A DNA stretch of 64,000 nt from Gammaproteobacteria bacterium (GTDB taxonomy: Bacteria; Pseudomonadota; Gammaproteobacteria; UBA5335; SLRW01), in contig DASQZJ010000012.1 of the NCBI GenBank assembly GCA_035638775.1, forward strand, positions 70,147-134,146, written 5' to 3'. Position 1 is the stretch's first letter; each line of letters opens with the position of its first letter. Below, one piece after another: positions 21,055 through 33,142 of this stretch. The notes under the pieces are model-generated. The model was not told the DNA's origin. It was given only the letters and a program-made list of their open reading frames with translations, and searched no databases. A program made the position numbers and the translations under genes.

Positions 21055-23310
21055 TCAGGCCGCGACCGTCTGGACGTCGAGCACCAGCCGTCCACCCTCC
21101 TCGCGAACCTTGACCTTGCCGCCGCCGCTCAGGCGGCCGAACAGGATCTCGTCCGCCAGCGGACGCTTGATGTTCTCCTGGATGACGCGCGCCATCGGAC
21201 GGGCGCCCATCTGCGGATCGTAGCCCTTGTCCGCGAGCCAGCTCCGGGCGGCACGGGTCACCTCGATCTCGACGCCCTTGCCTTCCAGCTGGACCTCCAG
21301 CTCCATGATGAACTTGTCCACCACGTGCGCCACGTTCTCCGGATCCAGCGAACGGAACTGGATAATCGCATCCAGCCGGTTGCGGAACTCGGGCGTGAAC
21401 GTACGCCGGACGACTTCCATGGCATCCGTGGAGTGATCCTGGGTGGTGAACCCGATGGAGCGCTTGGTCATCGTCTCGGCACCGGCGTTGGTGGTCATCA
21501 CGATGATCACGTTGCGGAAATCGGCCTTGCGGCCGTTGTTGTCCGTCAGCGTGCCGTGATCCATCACCTGCAGCAGCAGGTTGAACACGTCCGGATGCGC
21601 CTTCTCGATCTCGTCCAGCAGCAGCACCGAGTGGGGGTGCTTGAGGATCGCGTCCGTGAGCAGCCCGCCCTGGTCGAAGCCGACGTAGCCCGGGGGCGCA
21701 CCGATCAGGCGGGACACCGTGTGGCGCTCCATGTACTCCGACATGTCGAAGCGCAGCAGCTCGATCCCCATGATCCGGGCGAGCTGCCGGGTCACCTCGG
21801 TCTTGCCGACGCCGGTCGGGCCGGCGAACAGGAACGAGCCGATGGGCCGGTCCGGGCTGCCCAGGCCGGAACGGGACATCTTGATCGCGTTGCTCAGCGT
21901 GGTGATCGCCTCGTCCTGGCCGAAGATCGCCAGCTTGAGGTTGCGCTCCAGGTTGCGCAGCACGTCCATGTCGGTGCTGGAGACCTGGCGTGGCGGAATC
22001 CGCGCCACCTTGGCCACGATCGCCTCGACATCGCCCACCGACACGGTCTTCTTGCGCTTCGAGGCCGGGCGCAGGCGCAGGTTGGCCCCGGCCTCGTCGA
22101 TGATGTCGATGGCCTTGTCCGGCAGGCGGCGATCGTTGATGTAGCGCGCGGACAGCTCGGCCGCCGCCTTCAGGGCCGGACTCGTGTAGCGCACCGAGTG
22201 GTGCGACTCGAAGTGCGGCTTGAGCCCCTTGAGGATGCGGTAGGTCTCGTCGACGGTCGGCTCGGACACGTCGATCTTCTGGAAGCGCCGCGCCAGCGCG
22301 CGATCCTTCTCGAAGATTCCGCGGTACTCGTGGTAGGTGGTCGAGCCGATGCACTTGAGCTCGCCCGAGGCCAGCACCGGCTTGATCAGGTTGGAGGCAT
22401 CCATAACGCCGCCGGACGCCGCGCCCGCGCCGATGATGGTATGAATCTCGTCGATGAACAGCATCGCGCCCGGATCCTTGCCCAGCTGCGCAAGCACGCC
22501 CTTGAGCCGCTTTTCGAAGTCGCCCCGGTACTTGGTGCCCGCCACCAGGGCGCCGAGGTCCAGGGCGTAGATGGTGCTCTTGGCCAGCACCTCGGGCACT
22601 CGCCGCTGGGTAATCAGCCAGGCCAGGCCCTCGGCGATGGCGGTTTTGCCCACGCCGGCGTCTCCCACCAGCAGCGGATTGTTCTTGCGCCGGCGGCACA
22701 GCACCTGGATCACGCGCTCGATCTCGTACTCGCGCCCGATCAGGGGATCGATCCGCCCCGTCCGCGCCTGCCGGTTGAGATTGGTCGCATACAGCTCCAG
22801 CGGGGTGTTGCCGGTCTCCTCGCGCTCGCCGCTTTCCTCGGTGTCCTCGCGCACCTCTTCCGATTCCTCGCCGTCGTGCACCTTGCGGATGCCGTGCGAG
22901 ATGTAGTTGACCACGTCCAGGCGGGTGACCGCCTGCTTGTTGAGCAGGTACACCGCGTGCGAGTCCTGCTCGCTGAAGATCGCGACCAGCACGTTGATCC
23001 CGGTGACTTCCTTCTTGCCGGCCGACTGCACGTGGAAGAACGCGCGCTGGAGCACGCGCTGGAAGCCCAGCGTGGGCTGCACGTCCTGGGTATCGAGATT
23101 GTCGCGCACCGGGGTGTTGGCCTCGATGAAGTCGCGCAGGTCGCGGCTCAGCGTATCGAGGTCGGATCCGCAGACGCGCAACACCTCGGCCACCATCGAG
23201 TTGTCCAGCAACGCCAGGAGAAGGTGCTCCACGGTGATGAACTCGTGCCGCTTCTCCCGCGCGTCGTTGAACGCCGCGTTGATGGTGTACTCAAGCTCTT
23301 TGCTCAGCAT
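21055..23310 (-). CDS. clpA: ATP-dependent Clp protease ATP-binding subunit ClpA
   Basis: Start moved to ATG 23310 ([35 protein letters not shown]). It has two AAA+ modules with Walker [14 protein letters not shown] and [15 protein letters not shown]. Confidence 0.95.
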   Translation of the reverse strand: MLSKELEYTINAAFNDAREKRHEFITVEHLLLALLDNSMVAEVLRVCGSDLDTLSRDLRDFIEANTPVRDNLDTQDVQPTLGFQRVLQRAFFHVQSAGKKEVTGINVLVAIFSEQDSHAVYLLNKQAVTRLDVVNYISHGIRKVHDGEESEEVREDTEESGEREETGNTPLELYATNLNRQARTGRIDPLIGREYEIERVIQVLCRRRKNNPLLVGDAGVGKTAIAEGLAWLITQRRVPEVLAKSTIYALDLGALVAGTKYRGDFEKRLKGVLAQLGKDPGAMLFIDEIHTIIGAGAASGGVMDASNLIKPVLASGELKCIGSTTYHEYRGIFEKDRALARRFQKIDVSEPTVDETYRILKGLKPHFESHHSVRYTSPALKAAAELSARYINDRRLPDKAIDIIDEAGANLRLRPASKRKKTVSVGDVEAIVAKVARIPPRQVSSTDMDVLRNLERNLKLAIFGQDEAITTLSNAIKMSRSGLGSPDRPIGSFLFAGPTGVGKTEVTRQLARIMGIELLRFDMSEYMERHTVSRLIGAPPGYVGFDQGGLLTDAILKHPHSVLLLDEIEKAHPDVFNLLLQVMDHGTLTDNNGRKADFRNVIIVMTTNAGAETMTKRSIGFTTQDHSTDAMEVVRRTFTPEFRNRLDAIIQFRSLDPENVAHVVDKFIMELEVQLEGKGVEIEVTRAARSWLADKGYDPQMGARPMARVIQENIKRPLADEILFGRLSGGGKVKVREEGGRLVLDVQTVAA

Positions 23311-23488
23311 GATCTCTACCCTGGAGGAGCGGTTCCCTCCGCGTGCATTGGCCGGAAGGCTGCCCGCCTTCCGCATCCGCCGCCACGGCCCCGCTCGCCG
23401 CGGCTCACGTCTCTATCATTAGCAGAAATTGCGCCGGCGTCCATCTCGACCGGCGTGCCGGCGGCCCCGTTGCCCCGTCGAACGGCAG

Positions 23489-23809
23489 TCACGCGCGCTC
23501 CATCGAGCACAGCAGCGGATGCTGGTGCTTGCGCGCATACTCGTTCACCTGCGCGACCTTGGTCTCCGCGATCTCCGCGGTGAAGATGCCGCATACCGCC
23601 TTTCCCTGGGTATGGACCTGCAGCATGATCTGGGTGGCCTTGGTGTGCCCCATGCCGAAAAAGGTCTCCAGCACATGCACGACGAACTCCATCGGCGTGT
23701 AGTCGTCGTTCAGGAGCACGACCTTGTACAGCGGCGGTTCCTTGACCTCCGGCCGCGATTCCTTGACCGCGATGCCTTCATCGCCCTGGGTGTGCTTGCG
23801 TTGCGCCAT
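23489..23809 (-). CDS. clpS: ClpAP adaptor / N-recognin ClpS
   Basis: Start moved to ATG 23809. The core [50 protein letters not shown] is present. Confidence 0.95.
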   Translation of the reverse strand: MAQRKHTQGDEGIAVKESRPEVKEPPLYKVVLLNDDYTPMEFVVHVLETFFGMGHTKATQIMLQVHTQGKAVCGIFTAEIAETKVAQVNEYARKHQHPLLCSMERA

Positions 23810-24113
23810 GACCTGATCCGCTGCCAGCCGCGTGTTGCCCGTGTGCTCCCAGCTGCCGCACCGCCGGCCGGCGGATGCTCTGGTGGCCACCCGCGTCAGA
23901 CCGTGCCCCCGCATCGAGGGTTCCCGGCCGCGGGCGGTGAGGGCGACAGCTTCCCCACAGGGAAATTTTGCGGCGAACGGGATCGCTTTTAAACCCCCCT
24001 TCCCCGCCGAAGCCCCTCGCCGGACCCCGTGTTGTGGGGTTCCCCGGGCGCGGGGTATGATCGACCGCTCCCGGCCTGGAACGCCGGGGCCGGTATACCC
24101 TGACCCAGGACTC

Positions 24114-25019
24114 ATGGCCGCGGACGGACTCCCAATCGAGCTGCTCCGGCGGGTGCAGCGCTACCTGCTGGGCCACCTGCCGGAGCTGGTTACGCTGGCG
24201 CTGGTGGTGCTGCTGGCGCACGCTGCCGCGGACGCCGTCTGGCAGGCCACCGGCCAGGCCTTCGCCCCGCCGGCGGGCGCGGATCGGGCCGGGGCGCCGG
24301 GCAGGAGCGCCAGCCAGGGTGCCGGGCCCGCGCCGGAGCAGGGTATCAAGCGCATCGCCGCCCGCAACCTGTTCGGCCAGGCCCCGCCCCAGAATCCGAC
24401 GGGCAACGGCCCGATCAACGCGCCGGAGACCGGGCTCAACCTCAAGCTCTACGGCATCTTCACCTCGGGTCGCGCCGGCCGTTCGCGCGCGATCATCGCC
24501 CGGGGCAATCAGGACGAGAAGATCTATGGCGTCGGCGACCAGCTCCCCGGAAACGCCGTGGTCACGCACATCTACCCGGACCGGGTGATCATCCGGCGCA
24601 ACGGCGCGCTGGAGGCTCTCCGGCTGCCCCACGCGAACAAGCAGGACCTGCTGCACGGGAGCGCCGCGCAGGGCAACGCCGGCCCGGGGCCGGGCTCCTC
24701 CGGCGGCGCGCAGCTGGCGCAGGTCCGCAACCAGATCCTGTCGAACCCGGACAAGCTCGCCAACCTGGTACGGGTACGCCCGGTCTACCGCAGCGGCAAG
24801 CTGGCGGGCTACCGTGTCTACCCGGGCCCGGACGGCTCGCTGTTCCATCGGCTGGGCCTGCATCCCGGGGATCTCGTGAAGTCCGTCAACGGCGTCGACC
24901 TCGACCAGCCGAGCAAGGCCTTCAACCTGATGCAGACCCTCAAGGGCGCCAGCCAGCTGAGCCTCGTGGTCGATCGCGGGGGCCAGCAGAAGACGGTGAC
25001 CGTCTCGCTGGACAATTGA
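24114..25019 (+). CDS. gspC: Type II secretion system protein C
   Basis: It has a TM helix [19 protein letters not shown], an HR region [35 protein letters not shown] and a C-terminal PDZ ([17 protein letters not shown]). ATG 24114 was chosen, and ATG 24057 is possible. Confidence 0.8.
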   Translation: MAADGLPIELLRRVQRYLLGHLPELVTLALVVLLAHAAADAVWQATGQAFAPPAGADRAGAPGRSASQGAGPAPEQGIKRIAARNLFGQAPPQNPTGNGPINAPETGLNLKLYGIFTSGRAGRSRAIIARGNQDEKIYGVGDQLPGNAVVTHIYPDRVIIRRNGALEALRLPHANKQDLLHGSAAQGNAGPGPGSSGGAQLAQVRNQILSNPDKLANLVRVRPVYRSGKLAGYRVYPGPDGSLFHRLGLHPGDLVKSVNGVDLDQPSKAFNLMQTLKGASQLSLVVDRGGQQKTVTVSLDN

Positions 25020-25080
25020 CGCCGTCACGGCCGACAATCGCCCACACGAAAACCGCCGCATAAAGCAGAACGGAACCTGC

Positions 25081-27300
25081 ATGAAAGCACTCCAGGCCCG
25101 CCGCACTCTTCCGCTCGCTGTCTCCGTCGTCCTGTTCCTCGCCGCCACGGCCATGCTGTCGACCGCCGTTGCCGCCGGTGAGGGTGCGCAGGGGCCGGCA
25201 TCGCAGGCACCGTCCGGCAGCGCCGGTGCGGGCGGCAGCACAAAGGCCGCGGGCAACGGCAAGATCACGCTCAATCTCAAGAATGCGGACATCCGGGCGC
25301 TGATCGAGACTGTCAGCGACGCCACCGGTCGCAATTTCATCGTCGACCCCCGCGTGAAGGGAAACGTGACCGTGATCTCGTCCACCCCGATGGGCGAGAA
25401 GGCACTGTGGAAAACCTTCCTGGAAATCCTCGAGGTCAACGGCTACGCGGCCGTGGAAGGCAAGAACGTCACCAAGATCGTGCCCGAGGTCGACGCCAAG
25501 CAGTACGGCGCCACCGGCCGGCCGAAGCCGCCGGCGCCAGCGGACGTGGTCACCCGGGTGGTGAAGGTCAACAACATTCCCGCGGCACAGCTGGTGCCCA
25601 TCCTGCGCCCGCTGGTGCCCCAGTACGGGCACCTGGCCGCCTATCCGCCCGCGAACATGCTGATCATCTCGGACCGCGCCGCGAACGTGCGCCGCCTGGC
25701 GAGGATCGTCCACAGCATGGACGAAAGCCAGAGCCAGAACGTGGACGTGGTTCAACTGCAGCACGCCAGTGCCAAGAACGTCGCCCAGATCGTAAACGCA
25801 ATCAGCAAGTCCGGTGGCGGCAACAACGGCCCCGAGGTCAAGGCGCTGGCCGATCCGCGCACCAACAGTGTGCTGCTCACCGGGGACCCGGCACAGCGCA
25901 AGCGCATGCGCCAGCTCATCTCCCGGCTGGACCAGCCCCTGGAGAAGCAGGGCAACAGCCAGGTGGTCTATCTGAACTACGCCGACGCGACTGACCTGGC
26001 CCAGATCCTCGAGAAGGTGGTTACCGGCCAGAGCAGCAGCGGCGGCGGCTCCGGCCAGGGGTCCGGGGGATCGGCGAGCGCTTCGGCTGCCGCGGCGGCG
26101 CTTTCCGGGGGCGGCAACGGCAAGATCAGCATCGTCGCCGACAAGGCGACCAACGCGCTCATCGTCACCGCTCCGCCGCAGGCGATGTCGACCATCAAGA
26201 CCCTGGTGCGCGAGCTCGATGTGCGCCGCGCCCAGGTGCTGGTCGACGCCATCATTGCCGAGATCAGCTCCGACAAGGCCGCAGAGCTGGGTATCCAGTG
26301 GGCCGCCGAGGGCGGCGGCAGCACCAACAGTCCGGCGGCCATCACCAACTTCAACCAGACCAACTCGGGCCTCGCGAGCCTGGCCGGCGCCCCGCAACAG
26401 GTGCTGCCGCAGCTGGAAGGGCTGACCCTCGGTGTCGGCCGGCTCAACAGCAACGGGGTCAATTTCGGAGTCCTGCTGCGGGCGCTGGCGAGCAGCAACG
26501 ACACCAACATCCTGTCCACCCCGACGCTGACCACCCTGGACAACGAGGAAGCCGAGATCACCGTGGGACAGGAGGTGCCCTTCGTCACCGGGCAGTACAC
26601 CAACGGCACCACCAACGCCAGCAACACCGTCAACCCCTTCCAGACCATCGAGCGCAAGGAAGTCGGCATCAAGCTCAAGATCACGCCCAAGATCAACGAG
26701 GGCAATTCGGTCGAGCTCAAGATCCAGCAGGAGGTCTCGAGCGTCCAGAGCACCGCGACCAGTGGCTACGGCCTGATCACCAACAAGCGCACGATCAACA
26801 CCAATGTCATCTGCAACGACGACCAGACCATCGTGCTCGGCGGGCTGATCGATACCCACGTGGAGCAGAACGAGCAGCGGGTCCCGGTGCTCGGGAGCAT
26901 CCCGGTGCTCGGTCAGCTCTTCCGCTACCGCAACAGCAAGAAGACCAAGCGCAACCTGATGGTCTTCATCCGGCCCCGGATCCTGCGCAGCGGTGTTGAC
27001 ACGGCGCGCTACACGCAGCAGAAGTATCAGTACTTGCGCGCGCTCGAGCAGCGCGTCAACAAGGGCGGGATAAACCTGATGCCCGGCAGCAAGCAGCCCA
27101 CGATGCCGCCCATCGACCTCCGGTCCGGGAACCAGGGCTCGTCCCCGACCGGTTCGTCCGGCAGTGCCGCTGCGGGCAGCGGCGCCGGCTCCGCGCCGCC
27201 CGCGGGCAAGCCGAAACGGCCGGCCGGTGCCGCGGGAGCGGCCGATACCGCCGGCAGTTCCGGAGCATCCTCACCGTCGGACGGATCCCAGCAGCAATGA
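25081..27300 (+). CDS. gspD: Type II secretion system secretin
   Basis: It has a signal peptide, N0-N3 repeats and a secretin core ([51 protein letters not shown]). It also has a Gly/Ser-rich internal linker and C-terminal tail. Confidence 0.93.
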   Translation: MKALQARRTLPLAVSVVLFLAATAMLSTAVAAGEGAQGPASQAPSGSAGAGGSTKAAGNGKITLNLKNADIRALIETVSDATGRNFIVDPRVKGNVTVISSTPMGEKALWKTFLEILEVNGYAAVEGKNVTKIVPEVDAKQYGATGRPKPPAPADVVTRVVKVNNIPAAQLVPILRPLVPQYGHLAAYPPANMLIISDRAANVRRLARIVHSMDESQSQNVDVVQLQHASAKNVAQIVNAISKSGGGNNGPEVKALADPRTNSVLLTGDPAQRKRMRQLISRLDQPLEKQGNSQVVYLNYADATDLAQILEKVVTGQSSSGGGSGQGSGGSASASAAAAALSGGGNGKISIVADKATNALIVTAPPQAMSTIKTLVRELDVRRAQVLVDAIIAEISSDKAAELGIQWAAEGGGSTNSPAAITNFNQTNSGLASLAGAPQQVLPQLEGLTLGVGRLNSNGVNFGVLLRALASSNDTNILSTPTLTTLDNEEAEITVGQEVPFVTGQYTNGTTNASNTVNPFQTIERKEVGIKLKITPKINEGNSVELKIQQEVSSVQSTATSGYGLITNKRTINTNVICNDDQTIVLGGLIDTHVEQNEQRVPVLGSIPVLGQLFRYRNSKKTKRNLMVFIRPRILRSGVDTARYTQQKYQYLRALEQRVNKGGINLMPGSKQPTMPPIDLRSGNQGSSPTGSSGSAAAGSGAGSAPPAGKPKRPAGAAGAADTAGSSGASSPSDGSQQQ

Positions 27301-28832
27301 GCACGCCGGAACCCACATCGCAGGAAACGCGGGCGGACGCCGGGCCGGAGGAGCAGGGCGTCCACCGCCCGTCGTTCGCTTTCGCCCGCCGCCACGGCGT
27401 GCTGGTCGACCCGCGCGTGGACGCGGACGGCGAGGTCACGGTGCTCTGCCGCGAAGATCTCGACCCCATGATCGTAGCCGAGCTTCGCCGCGCGATCGGC
27501 CACCCCCTGCGCCTGGAGCCGGTGGAGCGCGCGGTATTCGAGCAGCGCCTGCAGCAGGACTACGAGGCCGGCTCCAGCGCGGCCATGCAGATGATGGAGG
27601 GACTGGACGAGGAAGTGGACCTCTATCAGCTGGCGCAGCACATGCCGGAGCCGGAAGACCTGATGGAGAGCCAGGACGACGCTCCCATCATCCGTCTGAT
27701 CAACGCCCTGCTCACCGAGGCGATCAAGGAGGACGCCTCGGACATCCACATAGAGCCCTTCGAGAACCGGCTGCTGGTGCGCTTCCGCGTCGACGGCGTG
27801 CTGCACGAGGTGCTCGAGCCGCAGCGGGTGCTGGCGCCGCTGCTGGTATCGCGCATCAAGGTGATGGCGCGTCTCGACATCGCCGAGAAGCGCCTGCCCC
27901 AGGACGGCCGCATCTCCCTGCGGGTCGCCGGCCGCGCGGTCGACGTGCGTGTCTCCACCCTGCCCTCCGGTCATGGGGAGCGGGTGGTGCTGCGGCTGCT
28001 GGACAAGCAGTCCGGACGCCTGGACCTCCCGGAGCTCGGGATGTCCCGCGAGCATCTCAGGTCGATGGACGAGCTCCTCGGCAGCCCCTACGGCATCATC
28101 CTGGTCACCGGCCCCACCGGATCGGGCAAGACCACCACCCTGTACGCGTCGCTAACCCGGCTCAACGACCAGAGCCGCAATATCATGACGGTCGAGGATC
28201 CCATCGAGTATTACCTCGACGGCATCGGCCAGACCCAGGTCAACACCCGCGTCGACATGACCTTCGCGCGCGGCCTGCGGGCGATCCTGCGCCAGGATCC
28301 CGACGTGGTCATGGTGGGCGAGATCCGTGACCTGGAGACCGCGGAAATCGCGGTACAGGCGAGCCTCACCGGGCACCTGGTGTTCTCCACGCTGCACACC
28401 AATACCGCCATCGGCGCCGTCACCCGTCTGCGCGACATGGGCGTGGAGCCGTTCCTGCTTTCTTCCAGCCTGGTCGGGCTCATGGCCCAGCGGCTGGTGC
28501 GGGTGCTCTGCCGGCACTGCCGCGAACCATACCTGCCCTCGGCCGAGGAATGCGACCTGCTGGACCTGCCGGCCGAGAATCCTCCCTCGCTGTATCGCGC
28601 AACGGGCTGCCCGGAGTGCAACCAGACCGGTTACCACCGCCGCACCGGCATCTACGAGGTGGTCGTCGTGGACGACGAGATGCGCCGGATGATCCACGCC
28701 GGGGAAAGCGAGCACGCCCTCGAGGTGCATGCCCGGCGCATGAGCCCGGGCATCCGCCGGGACGGCTTCCGGCACATCCTGAACGGGACGACCGCCCTGT
28801 CCGAGGTCCTGCGCGTGACCCGGGAGGCCTGA
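27297..28832 (+). CDS. gspE: Type II secretion system ATPase
   Basis: It has Walker [16 protein letters not shown] and a tetracysteine motif CRHC...CPEC. Its ATG overlaps the gspD stop (ATGA). Confidence 0.95.
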   Translation: MSTPEPTSQETRADAGPEEQGVHRPSFAFARRHGVLVDPRVDADGEVTVLCREDLDPMIVAELRRAIGHPLRLEPVERAVFEQRLQQDYEAGSSAAMQMMEGLDEEVDLYQLAQHMPEPEDLMESQDDAPIIRLINALLTEAIKEDASDIHIEPFENRLLVRFRVDGVLHEVLEPQRVLAPLLVSRIKVMARLDIAEKRLPQDGRISLRVAGRAVDVRVSTLPSGHGERVVLRLLDKQSGRLDLPELGMSREHLRSMDELLGSPYGIILVTGPTGSGKTTTLYASLTRLNDQSRNIMTVEDPIEYYLDGIGQTQVNTRVDMTFARGLRAILRQDPDVVMVGEIRDLETAEIAVQASLTGHLVFSTLHTNTAIGAVTRLRDMGVEPFLLSSSLVGLMAQRLVRVLCRHCREPYLPSAEECDLLDLPAENPPSLYRATGCPECNQTGYHRRTGIYEVVVVDDEMRRMIHAGESEHALEVHARRMSPGIRRDGFRHILNGTTALSEVLRVTREA

Positions 28833-28836
28833 GCGG

Positions 28837-30060
28837 GTGGGCGCCTACGAGTACGCGGCTCTCGATCGCACCGGTCGCCAGAGGAAGGGCGTCGCCGAGG
28901 GCGATACGCCCCGCCAGGTCCGCCAGCAGCTGCGCGAGCAGGGGCTGATCCCGCTGGATGTCTCTCCGGTGAGCGAAACCCGGACCGGCCCGAACGCGCC
29001 GCGACGGATGCGCTTCGGGCGCCGCATCAGCGCCAGCGACCTCGCGCTGATCACGCGCCAGCTAGCGACCCTGGTGCGCGCCGCGCTTCCGCTGGAAGAG
29101 GCGCTGCTGGCGGTTTCGCAGCAGACGGACCGGGCGCGCCTGAAGAGCATGGTGCTGGCAATCCGCTCGCGCGTGATGGAGGGTCACCCGCTGGCCACGG
29201 GGCTGGCGCAGTTCCCCCGGGTATTCCCCGAGATCTACCTGGCGACGGTCCAGGCGGGCGAGCAGTCCGGGCACCTGGAGGAAGTGCTGGACCGGCTCGC
29301 GGACTACACCGAGAGCCGCCAGCAGATGCACCAGCAGGCCCTGCTGGTGCTGATCTACCCGGCCGCGCTGTTCATCGTCGCCATGGGTGTGGCTCTCGGA
29401 CTGGTAACCTATGTCATCCCGACCGTGGCCCAGGTGTTCCAGCACCACAACCAGACGCTGCCGCTGCTTACGCGCATGCTGATCGCGCTGAGCGCGTTCC
29501 TGCGGGTGGGCTGGCCGTACCTGCTGGTTGCCGTCATCGCGGGAAGCATCGGCCTGTACTTCCTGCTCCAGCGCCCTGGACCGCGGCGACGCTACCACCG
29601 GATGCTGCTGCGGGCCCCCCTGCTGTCGCGGCTGGTGGCGGGCCTCAACGCCGCGCGCTTCGCGCGCACGCTGAGCATCCTGGCGGGCAGCGGCGTGCCG
29701 GTGCTGGAAGCGCTGCGCATCGCCGGCCAGGTGGTGAGCAACATTCCCATGCGCGAGGCGGTCGATGACGCCACCCGGCGCGTGCGCGAGGGCTCGGCGA
29801 TCAGCAAGGCGCTGGGGAACAGCCGCCTGTTCCCGCCCATGACGATCCATCTGATCGCCAGCGGGGAGACCAGCGGCCGCCTCGAGGAGATGCTGGACCG
29901 CGCGGCGCGCAACCAGGAGCAGGAGATGCAGGCCCTGATCGAGACCCTGATGGCGGTGGTGCAGCCCGGCATCATCCTGCTGATGGGGGCGATGGTGGCG
30001 ACCATCGTGATCGCCATCCTGCTGCCGATCTTCGACCTCAACCAGCTGATCGCGCCCTGA
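28837..30060 (+). CDS. gspF: Type II secretion system inner-membrane platform protein
   Basis: GTG start at 28837. It has two T2SSF repeats and three TM segments. The N-terminus (GAYEYAALDRTGRQRKG) is typical. Confidence 0.93.
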   Translation: MGAYEYAALDRTGRQRKGVAEGDTPRQVRQQLREQGLIPLDVSPVSETRTGPNAPRRMRFGRRISASDLALITRQLATLVRAALPLEEALLAVSQQTDRARLKSMVLAIRSRVMEGHPLATGLAQFPRVFPEIYLATVQAGEQSGHLEEVLDRLADYTESRQQMHQQALLVLIYPAALFIVAMGVALGLVTYVIPTVAQVFQHHNQTLPLLTRMLIALSAFLRVGWPYLLVAVIAGSIGLYFLLQRPGPRRRYHRMLLRAPLLSRLVAGLNAARFARTLSILAGSGVPVLEALRIAGQVVSNIPMREAVDDATRRVREGSAISKALGNSRLFPPMTIHLIASGETSGRLEEMLDRAARNQEQEMQALIETLMAVVQPGIILLMGAMVATIVIAILLPIFDLNQLIAP

Positions 30061-30086
30061 GCCCCTCGCCGGACCGGGCGCGGCCG

Positions 30087-31046
30087 TCAGTAGCGCACCA
30101 GCGCGGATCCCCAGGTAAAGCCACCCCCGAACGCTTCCAGCAGCAGCGTCTGGCCGCGCTTGACCCGGCCGTCGCGCACCGCCACGTCCAGTGCCATCGG
30201 CACCGATGCGGCCGAGGTATTGGCATGCTGGTCGACCGTCACCACCACCCTCTCCATCGGCATCTGCAGCTTCTTCGCGGTGGCCTGGATGATCCGGATA
30301 TTGGCCTGGTGCGGGATCAGCCAGTCGATGTCTTCCTTGTCGAGGTGGTTGCGTTCCAGGGTCTCCTCCACCACCCTGCCGAGCTGCGTGACGGCCACGC
30401 GGAACACCTCGTTGCCCTTCATCATCACGTGACCGTCGCTGGTGTGCCGGAAGTCCTTGCCGGGGCCGGACGGGAAATAGAGCAGATCCTTGTAGGTCCC
30501 GTCGGCATGCAGGTGGGTCGCGAGAATGCCCGGCTCGTCGTCCGGACCCAGCACCACCGCGCCCGCACCGTCACCGAACAGCACGCAGGTGGAGCGGTCG
30601 CTCCAGTCCACCAGGGCGGATATCCGCTCGGCACCGATCACCAGCGCGCGCCGGGCCTCGCCGGTGCGTACGAACTTGTCGGCCACGCTGAGCGCATAGA
30701 TGAAACCGGTGCAGGCCGCTTCCAGACTGAACGCCGGGATCCCGGCGATCCCGAGCTTGGACTGCAGGATCACGCCGCTGTTGGGAAAGACCTGGTCCGG
30801 CGTCGTGGTACCGAATACGATCAGGTCCAGCTCTTCCGGCTCGATCCCGGCCGCCTCCAGCGCATTGCGGGCCGCGCCCTCGGCCAGGTCGGTGGTGGTC
30901 TCATCGTCTCCGGCGATATGGCGCTGGCGTATGCCCGAGCGTTCCCGGATCCACTGGTCCGAAGTGTCGATGACCTTTTCGAGGTCCTTGTTGGTGACGA
31001 TCTTCCGCGGAAGGCAGCGGCCGGTGCCCAGGATACGGGAGTACAT
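30087..31046 (-). CDS. fabH: Beta-ketoacyl-ACP synthase III
   Basis: The catalytic Cys ([12 protein letters not shown]), His (PHQANIRI) and Asn ([10 protein letters not shown]) are present. Confidence 0.95.
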   Translation of the reverse strand: MYSRILGTGRCLPRKIVTNKDLEKVIDTSDQWIRERSGIRQRHIAGDDETTTDLAEGAARNALEAAGIEPEELDLIVFGTTTPDQVFPNSGVILQSKLGIAGIPAFSLEAACTGFIYALSVADKFVRTGEARRALVIGAERISALVDWSDRSTCVLFGDGAGAVVLGPDDEPGILATHLHADGTYKDLLYFPSGPGKDFRHTSDGHVMMKGNEVFRVAVTQLGRVVEETLERNHLDKEDIDWLIPHQANIRIIQATAKKLQMPMERVVVTVDQHANTSAASVPMALDVAVRDGRVKRGQTLLLEAFGGGFTWGSALVRY

Positions 31047-31050
31047 GAAT

Positions 31051-32085
31051 TCAGGTCTCTCTCTCGCTGACGTCGGCCATCGCGGAGGCTACAAGGTGGC
31101 CGATTCTTTTCGGTACGGATTTTTTCACCTCAAGCATAGCCATACTGATGGCGTTCGCGAAAGCGTACGTGTCCGCGCCGCCGTGGCTCTTGATCACGAT
31201 GCCCTGGAGACCCAGCAGGCTGGCGCCGTTGTACCGCCGCGGATCCATCCGGGAGCGCAGGCGGCGCAGGACCGGCCAGGCCACCAGCGCCGCAAGGCGG
31301 GAATAGACCGAGCTCGAGAATTCCTCCCGCACGTAATGCCCCACCAGCTTGGCCAGGCCCTCGCTGGTCTTGAGGGCGACATTGCCCACGAAGCCGTCAC
31401 AGACGACCACGTCGACCTCGCCCGTGTAGATGTCGTCACCCTCGACAAAGCCCACGTAGTTCAGGCTGCTCTGACTGAGCAGCTGGGCCGCCCGGCGCAC
31501 GGCCTCGATGCCCTTGATCTCCTCCTCGCCGATATTCAGCAGCCCCACCCTGGGCGCATCGATGCTGTTGACGGCGGTGACCAGCACCGATCCCATGGCG
31601 GCGAACTGGAACAGCTGCTCCGGCGTGCACTCGGTATTGGCCCCGAGGTCCAGCATGTAGGTGTGACCGTAGATCGACGGGATCGCGGAACTGATCGCCG
31701 GACGGTCGATGCCCCCGATGGTCTTCAGCACGAAGCGGGCGGTCGCCATCAGGGCTCCGGTGTTGCCCGCGCTGACACAGGCATCGGCGCTGCCTTCCTT
31801 CACCAGGTCGATGGCCACGCGCATGGAGGAATCCTTCTTGTTGCGCAGGGCCTTGGAAGGCGGCTCATCCATGCCGACGGTCTGGGAGGCGTGGCGGATG
31901 GAGAGGCTGGGCCCGGTGCCCGCACCGTTCCGCTCCAGCGCTTCACGCAGCACGCCCTCGTCGCCGACCAGGATCTGGTGCAGGTCGGGATGTTGCCCGG
32001 CAGCGTGCAGTGCGGCGGGAACGACCACGTCGGGTCCATGGTCGCCCCCCATCGCATCCAGTGAAATCGTCAGGCGCTGCGCCAT
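31051..32085 (-). CDS. plsX: Phosphate acyltransferase PlsX
   Basis: Motifs [12 protein letters not shown] and VKSHGGAD are present. It sits in the conserved rpmF-plsX-fabH order. Confidence 0.95.
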   Translation of the reverse strand: MAQRLTISLDAMGGDHGPDVVVPAALHAAGQHPDLHQILVGDEGVLREALERNGAGTGPSLSIRHASQTVGMDEPPSKALRNKKDSSMRVAIDLVKEGSADACVSAGNTGALMATARFVLKTIGGIDRPAISSAIPSIYGHTYMLDLGANTECTPEQLFQFAAMGSVLVTAVNSIDAPRVGLLNIGEEEIKGIEAVRRAAQLLSQSSLNYVGFVEGDDIYTGEVDVVVCDGFVGNVALKTSEGLAKLVGHYVREEFSSSVYSRLAALVAWPVLRRLRSRMDPRRYNGASLLGLQGIVIKSHGGADTYAFANAISMAMLEVKKSVPKRIGHLVASAMADVSERET

Positions 32086-32241
32086 GCTGTCGATCCGCCC
32101 CCCCGAAACACGAACCCCGGTTGCCTCACCGCATCGGCGGCAGACGCCGACGCGGAAGACACCCGGGGTTGAACCCGCAACCGGATGCGGCGGGCGGCCG
32201 CGGCCCGGAACGGCATCCGTGGTGCACTGTATGCGATCGTT

Positions 32242-32421
32242 TCAGTCTTCCCCGGACTGGGTCACCTTGCGCCCGCGATAGTAGCCGTCGGGCGTGATGT
32301 GGTGGCGCCGATGCGTCTCGCCCGTGGTGCTGTCCACCGACAGGGTGGGCCGGCGAAGGGCGTCGTGGGCGCGACGCATGCCCCGCTTGGAGGGCGTCTT
32401 GCGATTCTGCTGTACCGCCAT
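32242..32421 (-). CDS. rpmF: 50S ribosomal protein L32
   Basis: This gene is not in the supplied ORF track because it is only 59 aa. My own translation of the minus strand gives [59 protein letters not shown], with ATG at 32421 and TGA at 32244-32242. Confidence 0.93.
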   Translation of the reverse strand: MAVQQNRKTPSKRGMRRAHDALRRPTLSVDSTTGETHRRHHITPDGYYRGRKVTQSGED

Positions 32422-32479
32422 GTCTTATCGCTCCGAACCTGATTGCTGTTTGCTGCCCCGTTCCCGCTCCGATGCGGGC

Positions 32480-33013
32480 TCACTTGCGCGACTTGAGGCG
32501 GGCCAGGCCCGCAAAGGGCCCTTCCCCGCCGCCTGCGCCGCCGTCCGTGGCCTCGCCGCGGTCGGCATCATGCCGCGGTGGCTCGCAGGATTCCACTCCC
32601 CCGTGCCGGGCGACGACCGGCATCGCCAGGATCAGCTCGTCTTCCACCAGCTCCGCGAGCGACAGGGGCTCGTCGCCTTCGAGCACGTACGGGCTGTGGT
32701 TGTGCTCCACCTGCGGAAGCTGCGACATGCCCCACACGAACTCGATGGTGAAGTCATGCTCGAGATCCAGTCGCACCGGCTCCAGGCAACGCTGACACCG
32801 GCAGGTGACCGGCGCCTGCAGCTGTCCGCGCAACAGCCGCCGTCCGGTTTCGTCGCGCAGGAACCGGAGCCGCACCGAGACCTGCTCCCGCCCCGGACCG
32901 AGCATCATGTCCGCGAGCCGCTCCATGCCCGCCAGCGGCAGCGCGCCCTCCAGCTCCGCGCCCGCGTCCGTCAGGCGCCTGACGTCCAGTTCGGCAGGAA
33001 GCGTCGCGACCAT
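32480..33013 (-). CDS. yceD: YceD/DUF177 large-subunit rRNA accumulation protein
   Basis: It has a CxxC pair (TCRCQRCLEPV) and an acidic DELILAMP tail region. Its position upstream of rpmF is conserved. Confidence 0.85.
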   Translation of the reverse strand: MVATLPAELDVRRLTDAGAELEGALPLAGMERLADMMLGPGREQVSVRLRFLRDETGRRLLRGQLQAPVTCRCQRCLEPVRLDLEHDFTIEFVWGMSQLPQVEHNHSPYVLEGDEPLSLAELVEDELILAMPVVARHGGVESCEPPRHDADRGEATDGGAGGGEGPFAGLARLKSRK

Positions 33014-33142
33014 AAGCGGCGTATCTTATGGATGCGGTCCCGTGTTGTCAAAGCGCTGCGGCCGGCAACTGCCTGTTTTTGCGGGAGCGATCACCACCTG
33101 GCGGTTGACACGCGGCGGCCGCTGCCGTAAAAGCTGCCGGCC

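Noticed and set aside
21325-26859. Long antisense ORFs opposite clpA (21325..23583, 752 aa), opposite the clpS/gspC region (23778..25439, 553 aa) and opposite gspD (24940..26859, 639 aa).
   Set aside because: They have the same low-complexity composition with no domains. The sense-strand genes are unambiguous.
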